A stretch of 64,000 nucleotides of DNA from an uncultured Chloroflexia bacterium (GTDB taxonomy: Bacteria; Chloroflexota; Limnocylindria; Limnocylindrales; CSP1-4): the NCBI GenBank assembly GCA_963734995.1, contig CAVTJD010000005.1, positions 462,014 to 526,013 on the forward strand, given 5' to 3'. Position 1 is the stretch's first letter. Every line of letters starts with the position of its first letter. Below are positions 51,327 through 61,858 of the stretch, piece after piece. The notes below the pieces were generated by a model. It had not been told where the DNA came from, searched no databases, and worked only from the letters and a program-made list of their open reading frames with translations. The position numbers and the translations under genes are program-made.

Positions 51327-51917
51327 ATGGATCGGACCGACGTCCCCCGCGCCGAGCGGCGCCGCCTGAGCCACCTCGATCGACGAGGCCGTCCGCGCAT
51401 GGTCGACGTGAGCGCCAAGCCGCCCACTGCCCGCCGTGCCGTCGCCGAAGCCGAGGTCGCCGTCTCCGCCGAGACGCTGAGCCTGGTGATCGATGGCGGT
51501 GGCGAGAAGGGCGACGTGCTCACGGTTGCGGAGCTCGCGGGCGTGATGGGCGGCAAGCGGACGGCCGAGCTGATCCCGCTGTGCCACCCGCTGCCGCTGA
51601 CCGACCTGGTCGTCGCGATCACCCCGGACCGCGCCGGCTCGCTGCTCAAGATCCGGGCCGAGGCCGCGACGACCGCCCCGACCGGCGTCGAGATGGAGGC
51701 GCTGACGGCGGCCTCGATCGCCGCGCTGACCGTGTACGACATGGTCAAGGGCGTGGAGCGCGGCGTCGAGATCCGGGGCGTCAGGCTGGTCTCCAAGACC
51801 GGCGGCAAGAGCGGCGACTGGCACCGGCCTGCCGGCACGTCGAGTGCCGGCCGACCCCGCCGCCGGGCGGGCGATCGCGTCGCCGGTCGCGTGAGCAAGC
51901 GCAAGGCGTCGGGTTGA
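51327..51917 (+). CDS. moaC: cyclic pyranopterin monophosphate synthase MoaC (with ~30-aa basic C-terminal extension)
   Basis: It contains LSHLD...MVDVSAKP and GGKSG. It has an AGGAGGA RBS. Confidence 0.85.
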   Translation: MDRTDVPRAERRRLSHLDRRGRPRMVDVSAKPPTARRAVAEAEVAVSAETLSLVIDGGGEKGDVLTVAELAGVMGGKRTAELIPLCHPLPLTDLVVAITPDRAGSLLKIRAEAATTAPTGVEMEALTAASIAALTVYDMVKGVERGVEIRGVRLVSKTGGKSGDWHRPAGTSSAGRPRRRAGDRVAGRVSKRKASG

Positions 51918-52468
51918 CCGGCGATCCGGCGGCCGGCACGGCCAGAACGGCCCTCGTCATCACCGTCAGCGACCGGGTCGCGGCCGGGCGCCGCGAGGAT
52001 GCCTCCGGGGAGGCCGTGGCGGCGCGGCTGGCGGCGCTCGGGCACACGATCGAGCGCCGCTCGGTCGCCGACGAAGCCTGGGCCATCGAGCAGGCGCTGA
52101 TCGACGGGGCGGCGTCGTTCCCGCTGGTCATCACCACCGGTGGCACCGGGCTGACGCCGCGCGACGTGACCCCGCAGGCGACGCTCGCCGTGCTCGACTA
52201 CGAGGTACCGGGGATCGCCGAGGCGATGCGCGCCGACGGCCGGCGGTCGACGCCGTTCGCGGCGCTGTCGCGCGGGCTGGTCGGGGTCCGAGGGCGGACA
52301 CTGATCGCGAACCTGCCCGGGTCGCCGAAGGGCGCCATCGAATCGCTCGAGACCCTGATCCCGATCCTGGACCACGCGCTCGAGACGCTCGCGGGCCCGT
52401 TCGACCACGGGGCCGCCCGTGCGGCCGGACGTCGAGACCTCCCGCCGGGATCCGCGGAGGACGCCTGA
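51914..52468 (+). CDS. mog: molybdopterin adenylyltransferase Mog/MoaB family
   Basis: It contains ALVITVSDR and TTGGTG. It has a TTG start with a TTGA overlap. Confidence 0.8.
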   Translation: MTGDPAAGTARTALVITVSDRVAAGRREDASGEAVAARLAALGHTIERRSVADEAWAIEQALIDGAASFPLVITTGGTGLTPRDVTPQATLAVLDYEVPGIAEAMRADGRRSTPFAALSRGLVGVRGRTLIANLPGSPKGAIESLETLIPILDHALETLAGPFDHGAARAAGRRDLPPGSAEDA

Positions 52469-52471
52469 CCG

Positions 52472-54592
52472 ATGCTCGAGCCGTTCGCCCACGTCCCCCT
52501 GTACCCGCTGGTGCTACCCCTGTTCTGGGGCGCCGCCGGGTTCTTCGCGCTGGCCATGGCGCGCCATCTGCGGGTGTTCGCGGCTGTCGGCGCGACGGCC
52601 CCCACCGAGCATCCCTGGCGGCGCCTCGCCGGCGTCGGCCGGTACGCCCTGCTCCAGGTCCGGATGTTCCGCGACCCGCCCGCCGGCCTGATGCATTTCA
52701 GCATCTTCTGGGGCTTCGTCCTGCTCACGATCGGCACCGCCAACATCGTCACCGTCGGCCTGATCGAGGCCGTCGTCGCCTATCCGCTCGACGGGCTGCT
52801 GTGGGCGTTCGTCAACGCGCTCCAGAACGTCATCGCGCTGGTCGTCCTGGCGGCCGTGGGCTACGCGTTCCTGCGGCGGCTCGTCATCAAGCCCGAGCGC
52901 CTGTCGCTCAATCGCGATGCGCTGCTGATCCTGGTCCTCATCGGCGGCATCGTGGCGGCCGAGCTCGGGGCGCAGGTGTTCGAGGTGGCGGCACGCGGCG
53001 AGGTCCCGGGCGCGTTCGTGGCCAACGCGATCGGCGGGCTGCTGACGGGGCTCGATCCGTCGATCAGCCAGGCCGTGTTCGCGGTGCTGTGGTGGACGCA
53101 CATGCTGCTGGTCGCGGCGTTCCTCGCCTACCTGCCGTTCTCCAAGCACCTTCACATCGCGACGGCGATCCCCAACGTCGCGCTGCGCAAGCTCCGGCCG
53201 CGAGGCGAGCTGCCCGCGATGGACCTCGAAGCCGAGGACGCCACGTATGGGCATCCGGACGATCGCCGATCTGAGCTGGAAGGACCTGCTCGACGGCTTC
53301 ACCTGCACCGAATGCGGTCGGTGCCAGCAGGCGTGCCCCGCGCACGCCACCGGCAAGCCGCTCAACCCCAAGAACCTGATCATGGACATCCGCCACGAGG
53401 CGGTCGCGGCCGAGGCAGGGCTGCCGCTGATCCCCAACTCGCCGTCGGTTCGCACGCCTTCGGACTCGACGACACGCTCCAGCCCGCGGCGCTCGACCGG
53501 CCGCTGGTCGACGTGGCGATCCCGTACGACGCGGTCTGGGACTGCGTGACCTGCGGCGCCTGCGTCGAGGCGTGCCCGGTGACGATCGAGCACGTGGACA
53601 AGATCGTCGGGCTGCGGCGCAACCTGGTGCTCGAGGACTCCCGGTTCCCGCAGGAGGTGACGGCCGCGTTCCGGGGGATGGAGTCGGTCGGCAACCCGTG
53701 GGGTCAGCCGCCGTCGGCGAGGCTCGACTGGGCCAGGGGGCTGCCGTTCGAGGTCCGGACCGTCGCCCAGGTCCAGGCCGCCGGTGAGCTGGACGCGCTC
53801 GAGGTGCTGTACTGGGTGGGCTGCGCCGCCGCCTTCGACGACCGCAACCGGAAGGTCGCCCGCGCCGTCGCCACCTGCCTCGACGCCGCGGGTATCTCGT
53901 TCGCGGTGCTGGGCCAGGAGGAGAGCTGCACCGGCGACCCGGCGCGGCGGATGGGCAACGAGTACGTGTTCCAGATCCTGGCCGGGCAGAACGTCGAGAC
54001 CCTCAACCGCTACCGGATGGGGGAGCGAACGATCGTGACCGCGTGCCCGCACTGCTTCAACACGATCGGCAACGAGTACGGCCAGCTGGGCGGTGACTTC
54101 AGCGTCCGCCACCACTCGGCGTACCTGTCGTCGCTGGTGGCCTCGGGTCGCCTGCGGATCGGACCCGATGGGCTGCCGGGACGCTCGGTCACCTACCACG
54201 ACAGCTGCTACCTCGCCCGCTACAACGGTGTCATCGACGCGCCGCGCGACGTGCTGGGCGCGATCCCCGGCGTCGAGCTGCGCGAGATGGAGGCGAGCGG
54301 GCGGCAGACGTTCTGCTGCGGCGCCGGCGGCGGCCGGATGTGGATGGAGGAGACCCGCGGCACGCGGATCAACGCCGAGCGCACCCGCCAGGTGCTCGAG
54401 ACCGGCGCCGAGGTGCTGGCCACCGCCTGCCCGTTCTGCATGACGATGCTCCGCGACGGGCTGTCCGATGCCGGGCGCGCCGAGGGCGAGGACGCGGTGA
54501 CGGCCCAGGACATCAGCGAGCTGCTGGCCGCCTCGATCGTGCCGTTCGCCGGCCGCAACGTCCCCGAGGATCGCCGGCTGCCGGTGGTCTGA
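52472..54592 (+). CDS. membrane-anchored (Fe-S)-binding oxidoreductase (N-terminal polytopic domain + 2x[4Fe-4S] + two CCG domains; HdrD/GlpC-like), carrying two compensating frameshifts (~53249 and ~53450)
   Basis: The first ferredoxin motif [12 protein letters not shown] is only in the alternate frame (listed ORF 53247..53549). The second motif [12 protein letters not shown] and the CCG motifs (CCGAGGG) are in the main frame. Confidence 0.8.
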   Translation: MLEPFAHVPLYPLVLPLFWGAAGFFALAMARHLRVFAAVGATAPTEHPWRRLAGVGRYALLQVRMFRDPPAGLMHFSIFWGFVLLTIGTANIVTVGLIEAVVAYPLDGLLWAFVNALQNVIALVVLAAVGYAFLRRLVIKPERLSLNRDALLILVLIGGIVAAELGAQVFEVAARGEVPGAFVANAIGGLLTGLDPSISQAVFAVLWWTHMLLVAAFLAYLPFSKHLHIATAIPNVALRKLRPRGELPAMDLEAEDATYGHPDDRRSELEGPARRLHLHRMRSVPAGVPRARHRQAAQPQEPDHGHPPRGGRGRGRAAADPQLAVGSHAFGLDDTLQPAALDRPLVDVAIPYDAVWDCVTCGACVEACPVTIEHVDKIVGLRRNLVLEDSRFPQEVTAAFRGMESVGNPWGQPPSARLDWARGLPFEVRTVAQVQAAGELDALEVLYWVGCAAAFDDRNRKVARAVATCLDAAGISFAVLGQEESCTGDPARRMGNEYVFQILAGQNVETLNRYRMGERTIVTACPHCFNTIGNEYGQLGGDFSVRHHSAYLSSLVASGRLRIGPDGLPGRSVTYHDSCYLARYNGVIDAPRDVLGAIPGVELREMEASGRQTFCCGAGGGRMWMEETRGTRINAERTRQVLETGAEVLATACPFCMTMLRDGLSDAGRAEGEDAVTAQDISELLAASIVPFAGRNVPEDRRLPVV

Positions 54593-54628
54593 GTCTCCGG
54601 GCGCGCTCGGCGCCGCCGCCGGACACGG

Positions 54629-54647
54629 CTATACACTGGGTGTATAG
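54629..54647. promoter_or_regulatory. perfect inverted repeat CTATACAC-TGG-GTGTATAG overlapping a TATAGT -10, 8 nt upstream of the padR GTG (candidate PadR operator / leaderless promoter)
   Basis: It is an AT-rich palindrome in a GC-rich context. Confidence 0.55.
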
Positions 54648-54656
54648 TGCGCGGCG

Positions 54657-55232
54657 GTGTCAGTCCGTCATGCGCTTCTGGGTCTGCTCGAGCCCGCGCC
54701 GCGGCACGGCTACGAGCTCAAGCATCTGTTCGATGGCTACTTCGCCCCGGACCGCCCGCTCGCCTTCGGGCAGGTGTACGCGACGCTCGCCCGCCTGACG
54801 CGGGACGGGGAGGTCGTGGTCGCCTCGATCGACCAGGACGAGGGACCCGAACGCAAGGTGTACGCGATCACGGAGGCGGGGGAGCGGGTGCTCGATGCGT
54901 GGCTGACCGAGCCGTCGGATCCGGAGCCGCACCTCCAGGCCGTGCTGTTCACCCGGGTGACGTTGGCCGTGCTGACGGGTCGGTCCGTGGTCGAGCTGCT
55001 CGATCGGCAGCGACACGCGCACCTGGCCCGGATGCGGGAGCTGACCGCGCTTCGACGCACGGCACCGCCGGCGGTGGCGCTGCTCGCCGACTACGCGCTG
55101 TTCCATCTCGAGGCCGACCTGCGCTGGATCGAGGTCACCGCCACCCGGGCAGCAGATCTTGCCACCCAGCTGCCGGGTCTGACCGCCGGCGCCGCCGCTG
55201 CACCGATGCCACCCACGGAGGGTCACCAATGA
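54657..55232 (+). CDS. PadR family transcriptional regulator
   Basis: It has the PadR wHTH region (LLGLLEPAPRHGYELKHLFDGYF...GQVYATLARLTRDGEV). Confidence 0.85.
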   Translation: MSVRHALLGLLEPAPRHGYELKHLFDGYFAPDRPLAFGQVYATLARLTRDGEVVVASIDQDEGPERKVYAITEAGERVLDAWLTEPSDPEPHLQAVLFTRVTLAVLTGRSVVELLDRQRHAHLARMRELTALRRTAPPAVALLADYALFHLEADLRWIEVTATRAADLATQLPGLTAGAAAAPMPPTEGHQ

Positions 55233-55975
55233 TCGAGACCACGTTCGACCCGGGCGAGACGCGGGCCGTGGGCCACCCGATGGACGCGGCGAACACCGGT
55301 TCGGCCGTCATGATCGATGCCGTCGGGCTCGAGAAGCGGTTCGGCATGACCGAGGCGCTGCGCGGCGTCGACCTCAGCCTGGCGGCCGGCGAGGTCGTGG
55401 CGGTGATGGGGCCCAGCGGCTCGGGCAAGTCGACGTTGCTCCACTGCGTGGCCGGGATCCTGCGGCCGGACGCCGGCCGGGTCACGTTCGCGGGGCGCCG
55501 GATCGACGACCTGCGCGAGGCAGAGCGGAGCCGGCTTCGGCGGACCGAGTTCGGGTTCGTGTTCCAGTTCGGGCAGCTGGTCCCGGAGCTGCCGGCGATC
55601 GAGAACATCGCGCTGCCGATGCTGCTCGACGGTGTCCACTGGCGCGAGGCGCTCGATCGGGCAGCGGGCTGGTTCCCGCGGCTCGATCTGGAAGGGCTCG
55701 AGCAGCGCCGCCCGGGTGAGCTCTCCGGCGGACAGGCACAGCGGATCGCGGTCGCCCGTGCCCTGGCGACGGGGCCGCGCGTGCTGTTCGCGGACGAGCC
55801 GACGGGCTCGCTCGACTCGCTCGCGGGCGAGCAGGTGATGGAGCTGCTGACCGACGTTGCGAGGTCGGCCGGCACGTCGGTCCTGCTGGTCACCCACGAG
55901 CCGCGGATCGCCGCCTACGCCGATCGCGAGGTCATCGTCCGGGACGGGCGGATCGCGCCCGACTCTCCCCGATGA
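55229..55975 (+). CDS. ABC transporter ATP-binding protein (MacB/LolD-type)
   Basis: It has Walker A (GPSGSGKST), the signature (LSGGQAQRIAVARAL) and Walker B (LFADEPTGSLD). It has the ATGA overlap with padR. Confidence 0.9.
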   Translation: MIETTFDPGETRAVGHPMDAANTGSAVMIDAVGLEKRFGMTEALRGVDLSLAAGEVVAVMGPSGSGKSTLLHCVAGILRPDAGRVTFAGRRIDDLREAERSRLRRTEFGFVFQFGQLVPELPAIENIALPMLLDGVHWREALDRAAGWFPRLDLEGLEQRRPGELSGGQAQRIAVARALATGPRVLFADEPTGSLDSLAGEQVMELLTDVARSAGTSVLLVTHEPRIAAYADREVIVRDGRIAPDSPR

Positions 55976-58288
55976 TCCGGCTCGGCTGGCGGCTGTCGCT
56001 CGCGGGGGGACGGTCGGGCGCCCTCGCCACGTCGCTGACCGCGCTGGCCGTGGCGTTCGGCACCGCCATCCTGCTGTTCGCGCTCTCGTTCGAGCCGGCG
56101 CTGGCCACCCGCTACGACCATTCGGCATGGCGCGACACGGGGGGCATGCTGGACCCGGCCACGGGCAACCAGGGTCTCATGCTGTCGCGGACCGACGATC
56201 ACTGGCAGGGGCGGCCGCTGGTCGCGCATGGACGTCGCCGCGCTGTCCGCGGACGCGCCGGTGCCGCCCGGTCTCGATCACGTGCCCGGCCCCGGCGAGG
56301 TCTACCTGTCCCCGGCGCTGGACGCCCTGGTCGCTGTAGAGCCGTGGGCCGAGCTCGGCGCCCGGTTCGGGCCGGCGACGGGGACGATCGGCGAGGCCGG
56401 GCTGATGGCTCCCGACGAGCTGGCGGCGGTGGTTGGACGCGAGCCCGAGGCCCTCCGGGCCGACGGCGCCCGGATCGTCACGGCGCTCGATGGGACCGGG
56501 CATATCCCGACCCCCACCAACCCGCTGATCGAGGTGCTGGTGGTGGTTGCCGTGGTCGGCGCGCTGACGCCGGTCGCGGTGTTCGTGGCCACGGCGACCC
56601 GGCTGTCCGCTGCGCGCCGGGAGCAGCGCCTGGCGGCCCTGCGCCTGGTGGGCGCGACACCGGGCCAGGTCGCCGTGCTCGCGGCGATCGAGGCGCTGAC
56701 CGCGACGGTGCCCGGCGCGCTGGGTGGCGTGCTCCTGTTCCTCGCCCTGCGCCCGCTGGTCGCCCTGATCCCGCTCAACCAGGCCAGCTGGTTCCCCAAC
56801 GCGATCGCGCCGCCGATCGCCCCAGCCGCCGCGCTGCTGCTCGTCGTCCAGGTGGTCGGCGTCGGCGCCGCGGTCGTCGCCCTGCGACGCGTGTCCGTCT
56901 CGCCGCTGGGCGTGAATCGACGGGCCCGCCGGCGACCCCTGCGCCGGATCCGCCTGCTGCCGGTCACAGCCTGCTTCGCGGTGTTCGTGGCCGTCGTCCT
57001 CCGGATCGCCGCGTCGAGCACGGGCATCGGGGACCTCATGCTGTGGACCCTGGTCGGCAGCTTCCTGGGGATCATCGTGGGCATCGGGCTCGCCGGTCCA
57101 TGGATCACGATGCTCGTCGGGACCGTCGTCACGCGGCTGGCCCGCGGGCCGGTCGGGCTGCTGGCGGGGCGCCGGCTGACCGACGACCCACGGAGCGCCT
57201 ACGGCGCCATCGGCGGGATGGTCATGGCGGTGTTCGTCGGCAGCACCTATCTCTCGATCGCATCGTTCGCGACCACCACCGGTGTCGCCGGTTTCGAGGA
57301 CCTGGCGGTCCGCCCCGACGTGCTGATGGCGACGGTCCCCGCGCAGCGTGCCGATGTCGCCGCAGCCGGGCTGCGGGCGGCCGCCGACGCTGGAGCGAGC
57401 GAGGTTGTCGAGCTGCGCGAGGTGCTGATCGACAGCGACAACGGGTTGCAGAAGGGAGTCGTGGCGTCGTGCTCGTCGCTCGCCCGGGTGGTCTCCGCCC
57501 CATCCATGACGTGCGGCGATGGCACGGTCCACCTGGGTCCCGGCGGGATCGCGTTCGGAGAGGCGATGATCCAGACCTTCCGGTTCCTGGGCGGCGTCGG
57601 CCTCCCGGTCACGGCCCCGGCTCCCGAGGTGACGCTGCGCGTCCAGCCCACCGGTATCGACCACTACGTTGCGCCGGACGCGACGGCCGGGCCGCGGCTC
57701 GGGTTGCCCGCGGTGATCATCGAGCCGGCGGCCTTCCCCGACGGTGGAGCGTCGTTCGCCCCGACGCGCATCGCCGCCCTCACCGATGGCTCGCCCGCGA
57801 GCGTGGAGCGGGTGAGGACGGCGCTCGAGGTCGCGATGCCGACGGCGGTCGTGGCCACGGTCGGGGAGACGCTGACCGACAGCTCGGCAGCGGTGGTCGA
57901 GCTGGGCAGGATCGTGTCGATGGGCGTCGTCGTGGCGATGCTGCTCGCGGGTGCGAGCCTTGCGATCGCCGCCGCGAGCGGGCTCGTCGAGCGGCGCCTC
58001 CCGTTCGCGCTGCTCCGTCTGGGCGGCGTGTCGGTCCGGCGGCTCCAGGCCGTGCTCCTGCTCGAGGCGGCCGCGCCGCTGGTGACCGTGGCGTTGCTGT
58101 CGGCGGTGCTGGGCGCGGCGGTGGCGCAGGTCCTGCTCCACGCGATACCCAGCGGCGGGTCACCGCCACCTGACCCGGGCGTCGTGGTGTTGCTCGCGAT
58201 CGCGACCGCGGGCGCGATGAGCGTGGTGCTGACCGCGATGCCGCTGGTGGGCCGCGTCACCGCGACGGAGGCGACCCGGTTCGAGTAG
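55972..58288 (+). CDS. ABC transporter permease, FtsX-like (two FtsX/MacB-type domains), with +1 frameshift near 56205-56230
   Basis: The N-terminal TM is in frame A (listed ORF 55972) and the remainder in frame B (listed ORF 56228..58288). It has the ATGA overlap with the ATPase. Confidence 0.8.
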
Positions 58289-58374
58289 CCGGGCGGCCCA
58301 CGGGCCGGCCGACGTCGCGAGCAGCGACGAGCGTGAGTGAACCCCGCGCGGGATCGGTCCGGTGTGCCGGAAGC

Positions 58375-58599
58375 TCAGCCCTTGAGGGCCGCTCCGCAGC
58401 TGATGCACTTGCGATCGGTCCACAGGTTGCCCATGCCACACCGCGGGCACACCTTCATGCCCTCGGTGGAGGTGGCAAACGGGGACTCAGGGGGCGTCGC
58501 CTCGGCTGCGTCCTGCGCCATCCGAGTACGAATCACGACAACGGAGGCGATCACGATGAACACCGCGATCACCAGCGCGAGCAGATACGTCAGTTCCAT
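58375..58599 (-). CDS. small membrane protein with C-terminal zinc-ribbon (CPRCG...CISCG)
   Basis: It has an N-terminal TM helix, a CxxC...CxxC motif and a GGAAGGGA RBS. Confidence 0.5.
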   Translation of the reverse strand: MELTYLLALVIAVFIVIASVVVIRTRMAQDAAEATPPESPFATSTEGMKVCPRCGMGNLWTDRKCISCGAALKG

Positions 58600-58757
58600 G
58601 ACCGCGTCCCTTCCGGTTCGGGACCCGGACCCCCGGTGGCCGTGTCAGCCCCGTACCGGCCGTGGCTGCAGCGTAGTCGGGCCAGCGCCGAATGTCACGC
58701 CTGACGATCGGGGCATGCGGCGGTGGCCGGGCACAACCGCGTGGGGGCGCTGCTAGG

Positions 58758-59945
58758 ATGGCGGCGGTGTCCACGAACCCCCCGATCCACGGCTCGATCC
58801 GGCTCACCGAGGACCAGGTCCTCCTGCGCGACGCCGTGCGGGAGCTCGCCGACGAGCAGGTGGCGCCGCGCGCAGCCGAGATCGACAGGACCGGCGAGTG
58901 GCCCGACGACATCCGCCGGTTGCTGGCGAGTCACGACGTGTTCGGCATCCCGTTCGAGGAGCGTCACGGTGGCCTCGGCGCCGACCTGCTGGCGCTGTGC
59001 CTCGTGATCGAGCAGCTGAGCCGAGCCTGCGCCACGAGCGGGCTGATGGTCGCCGTGCAGTCCCTGGGCGCCATCCCGATCCAGGTGGCGGGCACCGCCG
59101 AGCAGCAGGATCGCTGGCTCCCGGGGCTGGCGTCGGGCGACAAGCTCATCGCGTTCGGGCTGACCGAGGCGGACGCGGGATCGGACCCGTCGGCCCTCCG
59201 AACCCGTGCCGAGCGCGACGGCGACGAGTACGTGATCAACGGCACGAAGCGGTTCATCAGCCACGCCAGCGTGGCGGACTACGTGGTCGTGTTCGCGATC
59301 ACCAACCCGGACGCCGAGAAGCCGACGCGTCGCCTGTCCGCGATCCTGGTCGAGACCGATCGCCCCGGGTTCAAGGTCACCCGCCTCGAGCACAAGATGG
59401 GGATCCGCGGGTCTCCGACCGCGGAGCTGGCGTTCGACAGCCTTCGGGTCCCGGTCGGCAACCGGCTCGGTGACGAAGGGCAGGGCTTCGCGATCGCGAT
59501 GCAGACCTTCGAGCGATCGCGTCCCGGGATCGCCGCCCAGGCGGTGGGCATCGCGCAGGGCGCGCTCGAGGCCGCGACGCGCTACGCCGCCGAGCGCCGG
59601 CAGTTCGGCCGGCCGATCGGCGAGCTGCAGATGATCCAGGCGATGCTCGCCGACATGGACGCGGCCACCGAGGCCGCCCGACAGCTGCTGTACACGGCGT
59701 GCCAGGAGATCGATGCCGGGGCGCCGGACGCCGCCCGCTGGGCGGCCATCTGTAAACTCGTCGCGGGGGACACGGCGATGCGGGTCACCACCGACGCGGT
59801 CCAGGTCTTTGGTGGCTACGGATACGTCGACGAATACCCGGTCGAGCGCATGATGCGCGACGCCAAGATCACCCAGCTGTACGAGGGGACCCAGCAGATC
59901 CAGCGGCTGATCGTCGCGCGGGCGCTGCTCGCCCGGCACGCGTGA
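58758..59945 (+). CDS. acyl-CoA dehydrogenase (short/branched-chain type)
   Basis: It has ACAD N, middle and C-terminal domains, including the catalytic region YEGTQQIQRLIVAR. Confidence 0.9.
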   Translation: MAAVSTNPPIHGSIRLTEDQVLLRDAVRELADEQVAPRAAEIDRTGEWPDDIRRLLASHDVFGIPFEERHGGLGADLLALCLVIEQLSRACATSGLMVAVQSLGAIPIQVAGTAEQQDRWLPGLASGDKLIAFGLTEADAGSDPSALRTRAERDGDEYVINGTKRFISHASVADYVVVFAITNPDAEKPTRRLSAILVETDRPGFKVTRLEHKMGIRGSPTAELAFDSLRVPVGNRLGDEGQGFAIAMQTFERSRPGIAAQAVGIAQGALEAATRYAAERRQFGRPIGELQMIQAMLADMDAATEAARQLLYTACQEIDAGAPDAARWAAICKLVAGDTAMRVTTDAVQVFGGYGYVDEYPVERMMRDAKITQLYEGTQQIQRLIVARALLARHA

Positions 59946-60041
59946 CGCGGCGCGAGCCTCGCCCGACACTCATCAACGCCGGCGCGCGATCACCTCGGAC
60001 GATGCCGCCGGACCCGCAGCCCAGCCAGGAGCATTGAGCGC

Positions 60042-60845
60042 GTGCGTATCCTCGTCCTGACCAAGCCCGTTCCCGATCCGGCGGCGGGATCCGAGCGGCT
60101 GGGGCCTGACTTCCGGCTCGACCGGGCGGCCTCGCCGGCGGTCGTCAACGGCAACGACGAGTACGCGCTCGAGGCCGCCCTCCAGCTCGCCGAGGCGCAC
60201 GGCGGCGAGGTCGCGATCCTGACCATGGCCCCGCCCAATGCCACCGAGACGATGCGCAAGGCGCTCGCCATGGGGGCGCTGCGGGGTGTGCTGGTCACGG
60301 ACCCCGCGCTCGCCGGCGCTGACGTGCCGACCACGATCCGGGTGCTGGCCGCCGCCGCCGCGCGCGAGACGTTCGACCTCCTGCTGGCCGGCCTCGACAC
60401 GTCCGACGGCACGGGTGGCGCCGTGGCGGCCGGCGTCGCGCTTCGGCTCGGGCTGCCGCTGCTGTCCGCGGCCGGCGCCATCGAACCCGATCCCGCGGCC
60501 GGAACCGTCCGTGTCCGGCGGCTGAGCGCCAGGGGCTACGACCTGATCGAGGCGCCGATGCCCGCCGTCATCTCGTGCACGCAGGCCCTGGGCGCGCCGC
60601 GGTATCCGTCGCTCAAGGGGATCATGGCCGCTCGCTCGCGCGAGATCGCCGTGCTCGGGCTCGCGGACCTCGGCGCGGACGGTGCGGACGATCCGGGCCT
60701 GGCGCCCGCCGATGGCGCGTGGGCCACGCGGGTGCTCGCCGCCGACCCGCCACCGACGCGCGCCGCCGGTCGCGTCGTGAGCGCACCCGCCGCCGACGCG
60801 GCCCGCGAGATCGCCGACTTCCTCGCCGACCGGAGGCTCATCTGA
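60042..60845 (+). CDS. etfB: electron transfer flavoprotein subunit beta
   Basis: It starts with GTG as MRILVLTKPVPD and has EtfB/FixA topology. Confidence 0.85.
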   Translation: MRILVLTKPVPDPAAGSERLGPDFRLDRAASPAVVNGNDEYALEAALQLAEAHGGEVAILTMAPPNATETMRKALAMGALRGVLVTDPALAGADVPTTIRVLAAAAARETFDLLLAGLDTSDGTGGAVAAGVALRLGLPLLSAAGAIEPDPAAGTVRVRRLSARGYDLIEAPMPAVISCTQALGAPRYPSLKGIMAARSREIAVLGLADLGADGADDPGLAPADGAWATRVLAADPPPTRAAGRVVSAPAADAAREIADFLADRRLI

Positions 60846-61822
60846 TGGCGCCGCTCATCGTGGTCGTGGGCGAGGTCGTGGACGGGTCGCTCTCGAAGCT
60901 GTCGGCCGAGGTTGCGACCCTGGGACGCTCGCTCGCGGAGACGGGGGGCGGGAGCGCCATCGGGCTGATCGTCGATGCGGCGCCGGCCACGGCCGCGACC
61001 GAGCTCGCGGGCTACCTCCCGCGGGTCGACGCCGTGACCGCACCCGCCACCGCGGACGAGGCCTGGGCGCCGCACGCGCTGGCCGAGGTCGAGCGCCTGG
61101 CGGCCGGCGGCGCGACGCACATGCTGCTGGGCGCCACGACCGATGGCCGCGACCTGGCCGGCCTCGTCGTCGGGCGGCTCGGCTGGGGGCTGCTCGCCAA
61201 CGCGGACGGCGTCAGCTGGGATGGGGATGGACCGGTCGTCGGGGCGAGCGTGCTCGGCGGCAAGGCCACCACCCGCAGCACGTTCACCGGCGGCACCGGC
61301 GTGATCACCATCCGGCCCGGGGCGGTCACCGCGCAGCCTGCGGCGACGCCCGGGGCGGTCGAGGCGCGCGGGGCCGCAGGACCCCCGCCGCTGCCTGCAC
61401 CCAGGGTGCTCGAGCGGGTCACCGAGGCGGGTGCCGAGGCGTCGCTCGAGGACGCTCGCATCGTGGTCGTGGGTGGCCGCGGGATCGGCGGCCCGGAGGG
61501 CTTCGGCCTGGTGGAGGAGCTCGCCCAGGAGCTGGGTGGCGTCGTCGGCGCGACCCGGGCCTCGGTCGATGCCGGCTGGATCGCCTACGCCCGCCAGATC
61601 GGCCAGACCGGCAAGATCGTCAAGCCCGCCCTGTATCTCGGCCTCGGCGTGTCCGGCGCGATGCAGCATCGCGTGGGCATGCAGACCGCCGAGGCGATCA
61701 TCGTGGTCAACAAGGATCCCGACGCGCCGATCGCCGAGATCGCGGACCTGTTCGTGGTGGGCGACCTGTTCGACGTCGGCCCAGCCCTCGCCGCCGAGCT
61801 TCGCTCGCGTCGCGGCGGCTGA
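60845..61822 (+). CDS. etfA: electron transfer flavoprotein subunit alpha
   Basis: It has the FAD-binding C-terminus (VVGGRGIG...PALYLGLGVSGAMQH). Its ATG overlaps the etfB TGA. Confidence 0.85.
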   Translation: MAPLIVVVGEVVDGSLSKLSAEVATLGRSLAETGGGSAIGLIVDAAPATAATELAGYLPRVDAVTAPATADEAWAPHALAEVERLAAGGATHMLLGATTDGRDLAGLVVGRLGWGLLANADGVSWDGDGPVVGASVLGGKATTRSTFTGGTGVITIRPGAVTAQPAATPGAVEARGAAGPPPLPAPRVLERVTEAGAEASLEDARIVVVGGRGIGGPEGFGLVEELAQELGGVVGATRASVDAGWIAYARQIGQTGKIVKPALYLGLGVSGAMQHRVGMQTAEAIIVVNKDPDAPIAEIADLFVVGDLFDVGPALAAELRSRRGG

Positions 61823-61858
61823 CGGTCGGCGGGTCGGACGGGGACGGGGCCACACACG

